Assembly: GCA_964016885.1 (NCBI GenBank)
Contig: OZ024743.1
Location: forward strand, 114,390,001-114,454,000
Reading direction: 5' to 3'
From: Eledone cirrhosa
Lineage: Eukaryota
Length of the DNA stretch: 64,000 nucleotides
Translations under genes and position numbers: made by a program
The notes under the pieces: model-generated
Seen by the model: the letters and a program-made list of their open reading frames with translations, nothing else
What the model was told of the DNA's origin: nothing
Databases searched by the model: none
In this document: piece by piece, positions 52,580-64,000 of the stretch
How positions within the stretch are numbered: the stretch's first letter is position 1
Layout of the letters: every line of letters begins with the position of its first letter

Positions 52580-55130
52580 GTAGTAGTAGAGCTGAGGATC
52601 CGGGATTTCTTGAAGGAATTTATCCAAAGACTTCTTGAACATTATGGGCTCTGTTTCTGTTTGAATGTCTTTTGGTGTAATGTTAAATAGAGCGGGGCCA
52701 ATTGGGGTGAAATAATTGTGCCGTATTGTTGTTATAAGATGTGAGTTCGTTTTTGTTGTATTGTGGGTGTACCGAAAAGGTGATGCCAACATCATTTGGG
52801 CAATACTGATGGTATATTTACTACATCATGCAGATAATGTAGCGCTCACGACGGTGTTGGAGGGATTAAACTTTGAGTTTTTCAAGTCGACTCCAATAGA
52901 GAAAGCCTGACATACCGTCTATCATTTTCGTGATTGACATTTGAGGAGCTTCAATTTTCATGATACTTTGTTTCGTGTGGGGATACCACAGTGGACAACA
53001 GTATTCAAGGTGGGGTCGGGCAAAAGTGGAGAAGATAAGGATAACTGTGGATATCTCTCAACTGGAAGGTTCTGAGAATCCAGGAACACATTCTGTAGGC
53101 CATGTCATCCTTGATGTTTATATTAGTGGTCCGGCTTATATTGTTGTCCACAATTACTCCCAAGTCTCTGATGTTGTTGGATGCCACAAGAGTTTCACCC
53201 GAAGGAAGGGAGTATGGGAGTGTCAGAGCATCCACTTTTACAAAGTGGATTAACTCAAATGTATCCTCGTTCAGCAGCATATTGTTCTTTTCCGCCCATT
53301 GGATAACAGCCAATAGGTCTGACTGAAGGCAAGTCCGGTCAATCACTTCATTGATGACTTTCTGGAGCTTGGAACCATCTACAAAGATTCTTATGTTGCT
53401 GTGCTTGATGATGTCAGTAATGTCATTAATGTAGATGATGAAAAGAAGTGGGCGCAACACAGTGTCTTGTGGGACACCACTGCTGTGTTTGGCCGGGCTG
53501 GATTGTACTCCTTCGACTACAGCATGTTGGGCTGTGTTTAACACGAAACACTTGATCCACTGTAGTAACTTTCTATAGACACCAATGTTGGATAGTTTTC
53601 TCAGTAGAATGTTGTGATCAACCCTGTAAAATCCTTGCTGAAATCAAGGTAGATGACATGAGTGTTGGAGCCCTCTCCCAAAGCTCTCAAAATGTCATCA
53701 AAGTGATGCAGTAGCTGTGTTAAGTAATCCATTCCATTACGGAACCCATGTTGGTTGGATTTCAGCAGATTGTTGCTTTCAAAACAGTGAGTTATTTGCG
53801 ATCTCACCAACCTCTCAAATACCTTAATGATATGAGAGGTGAGTGAGATCGGACGGTAATTCACGGCAAGGGATCTTTTTGAAAACTAGGGCAACAGATT
53901 GAGATAGTAAGTTTTCTGGTATATATCCAGCATCCAGTGATTTACTCCACAGATTAGCAAGAGGAGATGCAAGTTGGTGTTAACACACCTTCAGGACACA
54001 AGCAGGGAACCTATCAGGGCCTACTGCTGAATTGTGTTTAATTTCTTTCATTGCCGCTAAGACATTAGGGGCGCCAAACATTATGTCCGATATAGTGTGT
54101 TGGCGATTAACATCACTGATACAGCCCAGATCAGCCATATCAGGATTGCTGAAAACAAAGTAGTATTGTTTCTGCAGTATCTCACCCATGGTTTTGGCAT
54201 TATCTTGGATAGAGTTTCATGAGTTCAAATCCCATCGAGCTTAACTTTGCCTTTCATCCTTACGGGGTCGATAAAATAAAGTACCAGTAATGTACTGGGT
54301 AATTTCTGGCCTTGTGCCAAAAGTAGAAACAATTATCTTGGATTGTGTCATTTTCATTAATTAGAGGGTCACCAGTGGAGCCAGTGACCTTGTGCTTTTT
54401 CGTAAATGAAAAGAACACTGAGATTGAGTTTGATTTTCTCAATGGCCCACATCTCTTCAGCTGTTCTCTGATTGTTGATGATGGACATCATGCTGTTTTG
54501 GAGGTTGTGTTTTTTCGATTATAGTGATGTAATGGCAGTATTTAAGTTTGTTGAATCTTTTGTTAATTCTTTTAATTTTTCCGGGAAGTGTTTTTCTATT
54601 TCTAGGGATTCTGCACTTATTTATTCTGATTTATTTACTGATCTTAATGGAGTATCTTCTGCACATATATTTGTTACAGTGTCTACAAATGTCTGCCAGG
54701 ATTGTTTGATGTTAATGGGTGTGTGAGTGTGCGTGAAAGACCAATCGACATGTGCAAGATTATGATTGATTGCTTCCCAGTTTGCATTATGAAGTTGACT
54801 TTGCCTTTCATCCTTACGGGGTCGATAAAATAAAGTGCCAGTAATGAACTGGGTAATTGCTGGCCTTGTGCCTAAAGTAGAAACAATTATGAAGATCTAT
54901 GGTGTCAAATGGCTGAACTGAAAAGATGTCATTGGGTCTGCTTTATGGACGTTGGAATCTCAGATCACAGAGAACCATGTCATGGTCTGAGAGTAGAGTT
55001 TTTTCCACTGTAATATTGTGGATAGTGTCAGTGTGGTTATTGAACATTAGGTTCAAGATGTTTTTGTGGCGCCTTGTTGGTTCAAGCACAAGTTGGGACA
55101 GGAAAAACTCAGGGGTTGAGGTGGAAAAAC
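52580..55130 (-). pseudogene. Degenerate CR1/L2-like LINE (APE + RT), interrupted by SINE fragments at about 54220-54335 and 54797-54890
   Basis: NYRPISLTSHIIKVFERLV, QHGFR, VIYLDFSK, SGVPQDTVLRPLLFIIYIND and IRDLGV; APE remnant PTRHKNILNL...SDH. Confidence 0.85.
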
Positions 55131-55312
55131 CCGGTGTATATAGGTATATGTATGTATATATGTAAATATATGGGTTGTGTGTGTGAGCGTGTATACATAT
55201 TTGTACGCACATATGTATCTATGTAATATTGTATATAGATGTATGTATGGATGCGTCACGACCGGGCTCTTGTCGTTTTGACGGTTATATACTACATATG
55301 TATATGTAAATG

Positions 55313-55412
<100 letters not shown>

Positions 55413-56503
55413 AGGAGGCCATATTCAGTTTGATTCAGGTTTATTTAAAACTCGTTTATACATATTTCACCGAGGACTATCAGTTATGAACGCCTGAGTT
55501 TTTCAGACGGCAACACCTAAAATAAACATTGAAAGTTCAATAATTTCGCCGAAAAATATTTTCTTTTCATGACACGCACACGCACACACATATACAGATA
55601 TATATAGACTTTCACCAAGACACCCACTTCCACGCGCACATAGATACGCGAAAACACACACTAACAACTGAATTATTAGTACTAACAAGACCATATGTAC
55701 ATAAACACGATTAATTATACTAACACGATCGATTAACTATACTAACACGACCAAAACTTAACTAATAGGATTAATTAATCTTTAAAAAGCTAACACTACC
55801 GATTAATTAATCTCTAATAACACTAACATTTTATAGTAACTCCATTAAACCAGTATTTCTAATTAAGTAAGACAACATCATTTATTAACTAAACAAATAT
55901 TATCACACATTCACACCACCAGCACAACCACAAACACAAACAACATGACCTCACATTGATCCTATGAAACTACGCTAACCTCCTTGTTCAGTAACACCTC
56001 TCCTTGATTTCTCCTCTCTATGGTATACCCCATACCTCTCGCCCCTCCCTATTTTGATATGTTACATAGCTGCCGTATCACCCACTACTTCTATCTGCCT
56101 ATCAGCCAACACACTACTTCCTGAAATAACAAAGACAACAGACCACTATACACTATACACCATCATATCATGAAACGCAATTGACATCATATAAAAATAA
56201 TTGAGCAACATCTAATAAAAACAAAATACACAACTAATTGGAACTGATACGGAAGAAGAAAAAACAAAATGAAGTCTAGAAAAAGAAACAATAGTGAAAC
56301 AAAGAAATAAATGGAGGAGAAGGAACAGTCTCTCTCTTCTCATTTCACACACACACACGGAAAGAGATAGTCATACAAGGTTATCCACACACACATAAAC
56401 ATTCTCACATACACAGACTAATTTAATAACCGTATGAACGCACACAAACGCACACATACTGATAACACCCCAAATCACACAAGCATTAATACATAAATAT
56501 ATA

Positions 56504-57372
56504 CAAAGTGTGTCTGAAAGTAACAGAACTTAGTGTGCTGTGTGAGCTATGAGTGGGGCAGGGATTAGAGGGTTGCGTGGTCATGTGATGTAATAGCGGG
56601 GAGTTCATAACTACGATCACATTTCTCTGTAGCCATTGTATGTTTTTTTGACGTGCTTTTCTTAACAGCCCCTCAATTTTAGGCCATTGAGTGATGGGCA
56701 CAGAGCAACAAATTAACCTGAAGTCTTTGGTCCAACAAGGGGAAAACTACAACACGTGTACGGAAATGGCACGATGGATGTCGTGCTCACGGAATTTGGA
56801 GTGGCACAAAAGGTTTAAAGAGGCGCAAGGACGTAGAAGATGAACCCAGGAGCCGGAGGCCTTCAGCGAGTATGACAGAGGCCAATGTTGAGTGCGTGAG
56901 GCAGGTGGTCCATGGCGATCTTCGGCTGACTGTTTGACTGATCGTAAGTGAGCTGGGCATGAACTGCGACAGCGTTTGGAAGATTATCACCAAAGATTTG
57001 AACATGGGGAAGATCGCCGAATCACAACACCCTGAGCATCCGGCAGTTCCTGGCCGAGAAGAACATCGCCGAACCGGAACAACCTCCTTATTCACCTGCT
57101 CTTGCACTGTGTGACGTTTTACTTTTCCCCACACTCAAAGGGCTCGTCAAGGGAACCAGTTTTGAAGGCGTAGAATACATCAAGTGGGCCATAACGAAGA
57201 AGTGAGGGGCATCCCAGAACAATCCTTCCAGAAGTGCATAGAGGCATGGCAGAGAAGGTTGGAAAAGTACATTAGACTCGAAGGGGATTACTTTGAAGAG
57301 GAAACCATGTTGTTTGTTGGTTGGAATTGAAATAAATTGTTTGTGGCACCAGTCCCGTTACTTTTCAGACAC
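56504..57372 (+). mobile_element. Tc1/mariner remnant with TIRs
   Basis: TIRs GTGTCTGAAAGTAACAGAACT and AGTCCCGTTACTTTTCAGACAC. Remnants EWHKRFKE...DEPRSRRP and QPPYSPAL. Confidence 0.8.
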
Positions 57373-57701
57373 GAACACAAATATTTAAAAAATTCACACA
57401 ACACGCACGCTCACATCCATCGAATAAGAATTAACATACAAAGAAGAATTAACATAAACGACAATCACACTCACGAAATGCACTCCATCTGCACACACGT
57501 AACAGTACCAATGATGCACCAGGACCCTCGAACTCGACTAACGCATGACCGTTGTGCATTGTCTTGGTTCACGTCTAACTGTACTAGAGCGTTTGCTCTT
57601 TCGCCTTTTGTGGAAGGGGCGCGTGCCAATGATCAGGTGGTCCATTGGCTGAAAACACCCTTTGCGTGGAGGATTGGACATGCCGTGGCTGTTGATGCGT
57701 A

Positions 57702-57812
57702 AGGATGAAAGGCAAAGTTAACCTCGGCGGGATTTGAACTCAGACTATAAAGGGGCGTAACTCTTTGCTACAAAGCATAGCGTCCGACACCTCTACCGAT
57801 ACTGCCAAACCA
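57702..57812 (-). mobile_element. 5' half of a tRNA-derived SINE
   Basis: Reverse complement of GTGGTTTGGCAGTATCGGTAGAG...GAGTTCAAATCCCGCCGAGGTTAACTTTGCCTTTCATCCTTAC. Confidence 0.75.
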
Positions 57813-57880
57813 CAACAAGATATATAAAGTTCAATTGTTTTATTAAAGAAAAAAACAAACAAATGCGCGCGGACGCGCTT

Positions 57881-57913
57881 ACCATTGAATCATCGACAGT
57901 GACGATAATAGTT
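57881..57913 (+). repeat. Left arm of a 33-bp inverted repeat flanking the capsid gene
   Basis: ACCATTGAATCATCGACAGTGACGATAATAGTT. The 17-bp perfect core 57897-57913 matches the reverse complement of 59749-59765. Confidence 0.85.
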
Positions 57914-57932
57914 ATATTGCGTGTGTACACGA

Positions 57933-59688
57933 TTACATGTACATGTCTATTGCTTCGTATTGATCTGTATCTGCTAGTCTATAAAAGAATATGTCGTACT
58001 CGGTAAGTGTGTGAGTTTATGCACGAAACGTCTATGGGGTTTGTATTGCCTCCCCATGATGTACAGTAGCTGGATTTATAGTCGGTATTTTTTGCGGATG
58101 TATCAAATTCTCGTAATGGCATTCAATGTTGATTGTGTACGTTGTGTCGAATGTGAAATATATTGTTGTTTTGTCCGTTTGGTCTGACTATTGGTGGGCA
58201 ATTTATCAGTATCATTTCTGGTGGGTCCTCTGACGTATATAGCACTTTGTTAATTAGCGTTCTGTTTGCTACTACCATGTCTCCTCTTTCCCTTGTAGTT
58301 GTTCCATCTTCTTTCTTCCTTGTTTGTTGGTGGTCGTAGTTAAGGTTGGATATTTCACATAGGTTAATCTCCTCTATTGTTGCTATTCTTCCTCTTAGTC
58401 TTGTTGTCTGGAACTCTTTCTCTCTGTTTGCGCCTTCGTTTCCATATTTCGGACCGGTGCATATATCCAAACACGCATCTCAAGTGTGGTCTTCGCCTGA
58501 TGATATTAAGTTGTTTAAAGACGCTCCGTAGTTCAATATGTTTCCGTGTATAGTCGGAATTCCGTTTATGAGTACGTTTGTAAGCGGTATGGTTAGTCTT
58601 GACTTGTTGTTCCATTTATGTCTCTGTGTGTCGCCTTGTCTTATTTTCATTTTTGTTGGCATTTCTCTCGAGTCGTGAAATAATGTAATGTTGCTTGTGC
58701 ATGTATTTGTGTCTCCTGTCATATCGCATCCAGTGATATCATTTAAGTATGCAGTGGGCGCGCTGTAGTAGAATTTGTACCTCGGAAGCATCATCTGTAT
58801 CGGTGCCGTTGGCTGAATGATGGAGAACCCTTTGTCCGGTATGAAGTCTATGCTTTGTAGGTTTCCGTATCCTATGTAGTCGCCTTTATCTACGTATATT
58901 TCGAAGTACGAGTTTGGGTTGTTAACGAACACCTCCTCGTTGTTTTTTGTTGTCCATTCGCCCGCTATTATGTCACCTATTTCGTCTCCTATTTCGTCAA
59001 TCCTGTACGATGTGGCTGTTCCTAATGATTGTTCGAACTGACTTGGTAGTATCCAACTTGTTAGTCAATATGGTACAATATAATCGTTCAAGTCGACCGT
59101 TCCCCACCACGTGTGCCCTACGTTGTGGTATCCATGTTCGACGCCTGAGTATTTAGTGAATTTAACTTTAGCGGAATTCATGTCTTGTGATTTTATCATG
59201 TTTCTGAATGTTCTTCTGAATGTGAATGTTCTCATATTGTTTCCAGGCGGTGTCGGAAGTGGTGGTCCGAATTGTCACCCGTTTCCGTCTCCATCGCTTG
59301 CTGGCGGCATTTGGTCCGCTTCCATATTTTGAATGTTATTAGGGCAATTATCCCTGTTATCAGAATTATTCGGCTGGTTTGCGTCTCTGAAGTATTTATC
59401 AGCTCCAAGATAATGTTTTGCAGCGATTGCTCCTGCTGCCAGTACACCTGTTTCTCCCTCGTTAATTGCAGTTCCAATGAATTGTTTATCAGCTTCCCAG
59501 GTGTCTTTATCGGGATTTCTGTATTCGATGTCATGTATTTTCGCTGCTTGGTCTAGCCTGTTTCTTGGGACGCTGAATTTCATTTTCTTTAATTTCGTAC
59601 CGGGGCCTAGAAAATCGTAACCTGGCACGTGGTATTCGCCTTCGTATGAAGCGTGGTTCCTTTTCCTATTTGGTCGTGTCGGCGGCAT
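57933..59688 (-). pseudogene. Endogenous parvovirus-like capsid (VP1 with PLA2 domain + single jelly-roll) pseudogene
   Basis: PLA2 motifs VPGYDFLGPG and LDQAAKIHDIEY. The frame reads through two TGA (59275, 59065) into TFTFRRTFR, IVPY*LTSWILPSQFEQ, NNPNSYFEIYVD and LPRY. After a frameshift it gives DPPEMILINCPP. These are colinear with AAV-type TPW/FSPRDWQ/NNLTSTVQVFTD/PPPQILIK landmarks. Confidence 0.85.
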
Positions 59689-59694
59689 TAGTCC

Positions 59695-59728
59695 AACTGA
59701 AATGCCCTACTCGTTTATCCTTTATATA
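59695..59728 (-). promoter_or_regulatory. Putative capsid core promoter (TATA + TCAGT initiator)
   Basis: Minus strand TATATAAA (59728-59721), TCAGTT (59700-59695) and ATG at 59688. AATAAA at about 57844-57839 lies downstream of the stop. Confidence 0.55.
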
Positions 59729-59748
59729 TTGTGCATACTCCTGTTCAC

Positions 59749-59781
59749 AACTATTATCGTCACTGGCACAGGTTCGATGGT
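59749..59781 (-). repeat. Right arm of the 33-bp inverted repeat
   Basis: AACTATTATCGTCACTGGCACAGGTTCGATGGT; 27/33 identity to the left arm. Confidence 0.85.
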
Positions 59782-60045
59782 TTGTATATACTTAGTATAG
59801 GGAACTTTTAACCAAATCGACATCGATGGCTCCGCGTAGCGTACACCGGATTATAAAGGGTAGAGCTGTTTTTTGATGAAATTTAGGTATTTTAATGCAC
59901 TTTATAGGCCGGAAAATTCGGTAAGTTATTATAATCATATTTCCAAACCTTCCCATTCACCAGTAACCATGCTAGCGAATCTGGTGTCACCTCTCTCTGT
60001 ACTTAATCACCCCTCTCTAACCTAACAGCTTCGTTACACATCGTT

Positions 60046-61130
60046 ATGCGCACACGGAAACGTTCAAGACTTAACTCCAAAAAAGATACAGCTACTGCTT
60101 TGAGACGACGAATTAGGCGTTCTCAGGTATGCGTTCATTCACAATTGGTTAATCCTTTATGCAATATTCTCCCTTAATGTTAGCAAGCACTGCGTTTATC
60201 CTAACTCTCATCACTTTTAAGTAACTACAGCATTCTAATCGTAGTTATATTAAATTTATTGTCTTACCTTGATTACTTTTTGTTCATAATACACTTCTCT
60301 CATTTACTATCGGCACAGTGCCTTTGGCTTAGCTAACCAGTAGCATTAATTAACTTTCTCTAGGAAATACCTGCTGAGCGCGAATCTCGACTCGCTGATA
60401 GATGTCTTTCCAGGCTGGTTGAGTCACCAACATCCCGTACGACAAGGCTTGCTGGTGTTCACCTTCGTTGCCAATAAGCGCTTGCCGAGGAGTCACCAAC
60501 ATCCCGTACGACGAGGCTTGTTGGTGTTCGCCTTCGTCGCCAACAAGCACTGGCGGAAGAGTCACCAACATCCCGTACGACGAGGCTTGTTGGTGTTCGC
60601 CTTCGTCGCCAACAAGCGCTGGCGTAGGAGTCACCAACATCCCGTACGTCGCGGCTTGCTGGCGTTCGCCTTCGTCACCAACAAGCGTTTGCAGAGGACT
60701 CACCAACATCCCGTCAGACGAGGCTTGCTGGGGTTCGCCTTCGTCGTCAACAAGCGCTTGCAGAGGAGTCCACGGCAGATAGAGACAACAGGCTTGCTGC
60801 TAAGCGTTCCTGGAATACATTAGCTACTGCTGCCAAGAGCTCAGGCTGGGTAAAAGCAGCCTTCAGATATAACACCACTGAGGATTACGGACTTCTGCCT
60901 ACAGTTTCCATTGGCAAAATGGATAATGGCTGTACATCCTGCAAGGCAATGAAGTGGCCAGGCGAGGCGCCTTCTATGTGCTGTGCAGGAGGTAAGGTGC
61001 AACTAGAGGCAATGGCTGACCCGCCAACGTTCTTCTGAATCTACTTACAGGTGACGACACTACGGCTTCAACGTTCCGCCGTAACATGTGGAAATACAAC
61101 TCCCGTTTCATGATGACTTCCTTTGGTGTA
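60046..61130 (+). pseudogene. Spliced N-terminal part of a second Helitron RepHel (STPR-like repeats + Zn motif), internally deleted
   Basis: Exon 60046-60126 (MRTRKRSRL...RRSQ), GT-AG intron 60127-60363, five 69-bp repeats (ESPTSRTTRL...), then WVKAAFRY...MDNGCTSCKAMKWPGEAPSMCCAGGKV and KYNSRFMMTSFG. Homologous to the N-terminus of the 5.6-kb Helitron. Confidence 0.85.
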
Positions 61131-61237
61131 GACAATAACAACACCAACAACAGCGTGAACCCAACAACAACGTTGCACCTGTGATGCGCGGGAAGTAACT
61201 TTCACACATTTCAACAACAGAGCAAAGGTCGACTTAC

Positions 61238-61613
61238 ACCCGAACAACGCCGGGTACTTCTGCTAGTATATATATATATATTTATATATTCGTGTACAGA
61301 TATTCTTGCATACACATATAAACAAAAGTATTTATTTCGCGATAAAGTATTGATTTTCTTCGAACGGAAAAAAACCCTGGTAATGTACGACGAACTTTTT
61401 TTATGAGCACAAAATGTAGACACCAACCCGAGGCCGAGGTATTCCGTACTTTTCTGTAGTGTTATTTATATATTCGTGTAGAGTTATTTTTGCATACACA
61501 ATAACAAAATATAAACAAACGTATTTACTTTACGAGGCTCGAGAAGGATAAATATATATCAAATATATAAAACCCTAGATCAAATCCCGAGCAACGCCGG
61601 GCCATTCTGCTAG
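61238..61613 (+). mobile_element. Two tandem Helitron 3' termini
   Basis: CCCGAACAACGCCGGGTACTTCTGCTAG|T ending at 61266 and CCCGAGCAACGCCGGGCCATTCTGCTAG|T ending at 61613. Confidence 0.85.
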
Positions 61614-61636
61614 TTAACACTATTAATATCGATATA

Positions 61637-62184
61637 CCGTATTTGACAGCTTATATGACATGCGAATATAAGACGCACCCCATCTTTGGCAGAAAATTAA
61701 AAACTAAGATAAATGGGTTTAAATTTCGAATGTCAGGTGAAGGGTATAAAGTTAGTACATCATATTTTTATTGTTCGGCATCGTAATTCTAGTTGTAATA
61801 TTTTAGTACATTTTTCAAAACAAAGAAGTATGAAAATAAATTTACTTTATTCTCTACATCGTATTTTTTGTTGAAACATTTTGAAAGTGAAAATAAGTTA
61901 TTTTTGAAAATAAGTTTTTTTTTAAACAAAAGAAAGTGAAAATAAGTTTATTTTATTCATCATAAAATTTATCAAAATTGTAGCTTTTTTTTTATTAGAA
62001 AAGAGTTGCCATTGTTGGTGTAGAAGCCATCACCACTTTCTTTACAATTTAATGTAAGCGCTTCTGAAGCACTAGAACTCCACTAGACAGTAGCCCAAAC
62101 TGACCCTTGACCTTATAAGAAGCAGGGTGATTTTCTGGGACGTTTTTTTAAAAAAAGGTGCCTCTTGTAAGCCGTCAAATACGA
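61637..62184. mobile_element. pogo/Tigger-like MITE
   Basis: TA|CCGTATTTGACAGCTTATA ... TGTAAGCCGTCAAATACGA|TA: TIRs with TA TSD. Confidence 0.7.
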
Positions 62185-62296
62185 TACATGTGTGTGTGTG
62201 AGAGAGAGAGAGAGCGAGAGCGAGAGTGAGTGAGAGAGTGAGTGAGAGAATGCATATATATATATATATATATATGTGTGTGTATAGATAGATGTG

Positions 62297-62360
<64 letters not shown>

Positions 62361-62366
<6 letters not shown>

Positions 62367-62619
62367 TATAAGTATTAATAAAATAGATGTTCTTTTGATC
62401 AATTACATTTTATTATACATATTTCGGATGTACAACAGTACGTCCTCATCAGACAAAATATAATGATACATGACATACCCTGAGATGTTAAACATCTCAG
62501 GGTATGTCATGTATCATTATATTTTGTCTGATGAGGACGTACTGTTGTACATCCGAAATATGTATAATAAAATGTAATTGATCAAAAGAACATCTATTTT
62601 ATTAATACTTATATTTTAA
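62361..62619. repeat. Perfect ~260-bp palindrome with a hammerhead in each arm
   Basis: Centre at 62490 (TGAGATGTT-A-AACATCTCA). Hammerhead ATTTTGT-CTGATGA-GGA...TCC-GAAA-TATGTA-TA-ATAAAAT at about 62520-62575. Confidence 0.85.
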
Positions 62620-62806
62620 TATTAATAACTCCTGAAAATTATTTTTCGTTGAGTGCTTCCAATCTACTGTAAAACTCATTCTTTGACATAATCATCGAAT
62701 ATTGTTTAACAACTTAATATATATATATATATATATGTATATATTTACATATGTGTGTGTCTATATATGTGTGTGTGTCTATATGTGTGTGCATCTATAT
62801 ATGTGC

Positions 62807-62838
<32 letters not shown>

Positions 62839-64000
62839 GTGCGTGTGTGTGTAAATGTGCATGTGTGTGTATATATATGTGTATGTGTGTGTGTATGTGT
62901 GTGTGTGTATATATGTGTGCGTGTGTATATGTGCGTGTGTGTATACATATGTGTGTGTGTATATATGTGTGTGTGTGTGTATATATATGTGTGTGTGTGT
63001 GTATACATAATCAGGCGAATGGTATAAAATCATGTGTGCGAGTGAAAGCGCGTGTTGTTTGGGTCCTCCTCCTTTTTATTCACCCACTTACTCATGACAT
63101 GTCTTGGTGGCAGAGTCCTCTAAATAGATCCGACTGGGTCCCCAAGCGAGACCAGTCGAGCTTATGGATGTTATCCAACCGTATCACGGTCTATTCCTGG
63201 GTATCTTGCCAGATTCTCTTGCCATAATATCGGAGCTGTGATCTCTCTATTCGGAGACGTAGTTGCACTACTTGCAGCAACTCTTTGATTTCCAAGCTAC
63301 GCACTCTATCAAGTTATCGTTGCTCCAAAGACCCTTCGGAGGAACTCCATTTCGGCCACTTGTGTCTGTGGCCCTTAAATTTAATTTAAATAATTCTCTA
63401 AGCGTCCCACCGATAAAGAGAGCAACAACCAGGTCACCCTGGCTATATTTATCCATTTTCGTCAAAGAACCGACAAAATAAAAATGCCAATGACCTTCTC
63501 CATATTCCCCTTCCTCCACCTCCCTCTTATGTCACAAAGAAACCTATCGGCATGAAGTTAGCTACGCGCGAGCTGGAATATCTCTTCCAGTGCATCTCCC
63601 TCACCAAACTCCGAGGGAACGTCTTCTCTATTGTCCGCCAGGACCGCGGGGCGGCAGTGCGTGGGCCCACATTTGCTTATAATAATGAGAGATGGGGAGA
63701 ACGGGAGAGACGGGGGCAGTGAGAGTTTGGTTCCATTGTGTTCGGACCTGATGTATATGTATATATTTATTTACCAGACATACAATACAACAGGAGGAAA
63801 CGATAGCACCACTGACGATGTTGCAGATGTGCAACGAAAGATTTATGATAAACTATATATATGTGTTTGTGTCTATATTGTATCTGTATTATGTTTGACC
63901 GTCGGTCAGTCAATGGCAACATTGAGGACCGAGTAAGTTAGATTACCGATATAAAAGACACAGAAGCGAGAAGCGAAAACCAATCAAACAGTGAGTGTGT

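Noticed and set aside
57970-57978. TCTGCTAGT as a Helitron 3' end near the capsid stop
   Set aside because: No preceding GC hairpin, and it lies inside the VP coding frame.
59500-59640. Host (venom-type) secreted phospholipase A2 gene
   Set aside because: No signal peptide or disulfide cysteines. The motif spacing and downstream jelly-roll landmarks are parvoviral.
60350-60823. ORF-track proteins over the 69-bp repeat
   Set aside because: These are alternative frames. The frame continuous with the Helitron Zn motif is the one containing stop codons.

Overview
AT-rich, microsatellite-saturated eukaryotic DNA with no recognisable host protein-coding gene. The tRNA-derived SINE family and repeat landscape suggest an octopus or other coleoid cephalopod (inference). 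Main contents: (1) a complete but decayed Helitron (1270-6104, minus) apparently nested in a non-autonomous Helitron; (2) a 10.6-kb array of a 38-bp satellite with higher-order duplications; (3) clusters of tRNA-derived SINEs; (4) a tandem array of about 4.9 apparently identical 591-bp units, each with a type I hammerhead ribozyme carrying a compensatory U3-A8 core (retrozyme-like); (5) an RTE LINE, a CR1/L2-like LINE, and mariner and pogo remnants; (6) a long Penelope-like RT/GIY-YIG ORF plus about 15 hammerhead-bearing Penelope pLTR-like elements, several forming large palindromes; (7) a decayed parvovirus-type capsid gene (PLA2 plus jelly-roll motifs) at 57933-59688. This capsid gene is bracketed by 33-bp inverted repeats and sits head-to-head with a spliced Helitron RepHel gene, with no adjacent parvoviral NS1 helicase visible. 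All calls were made by eye without database searches.
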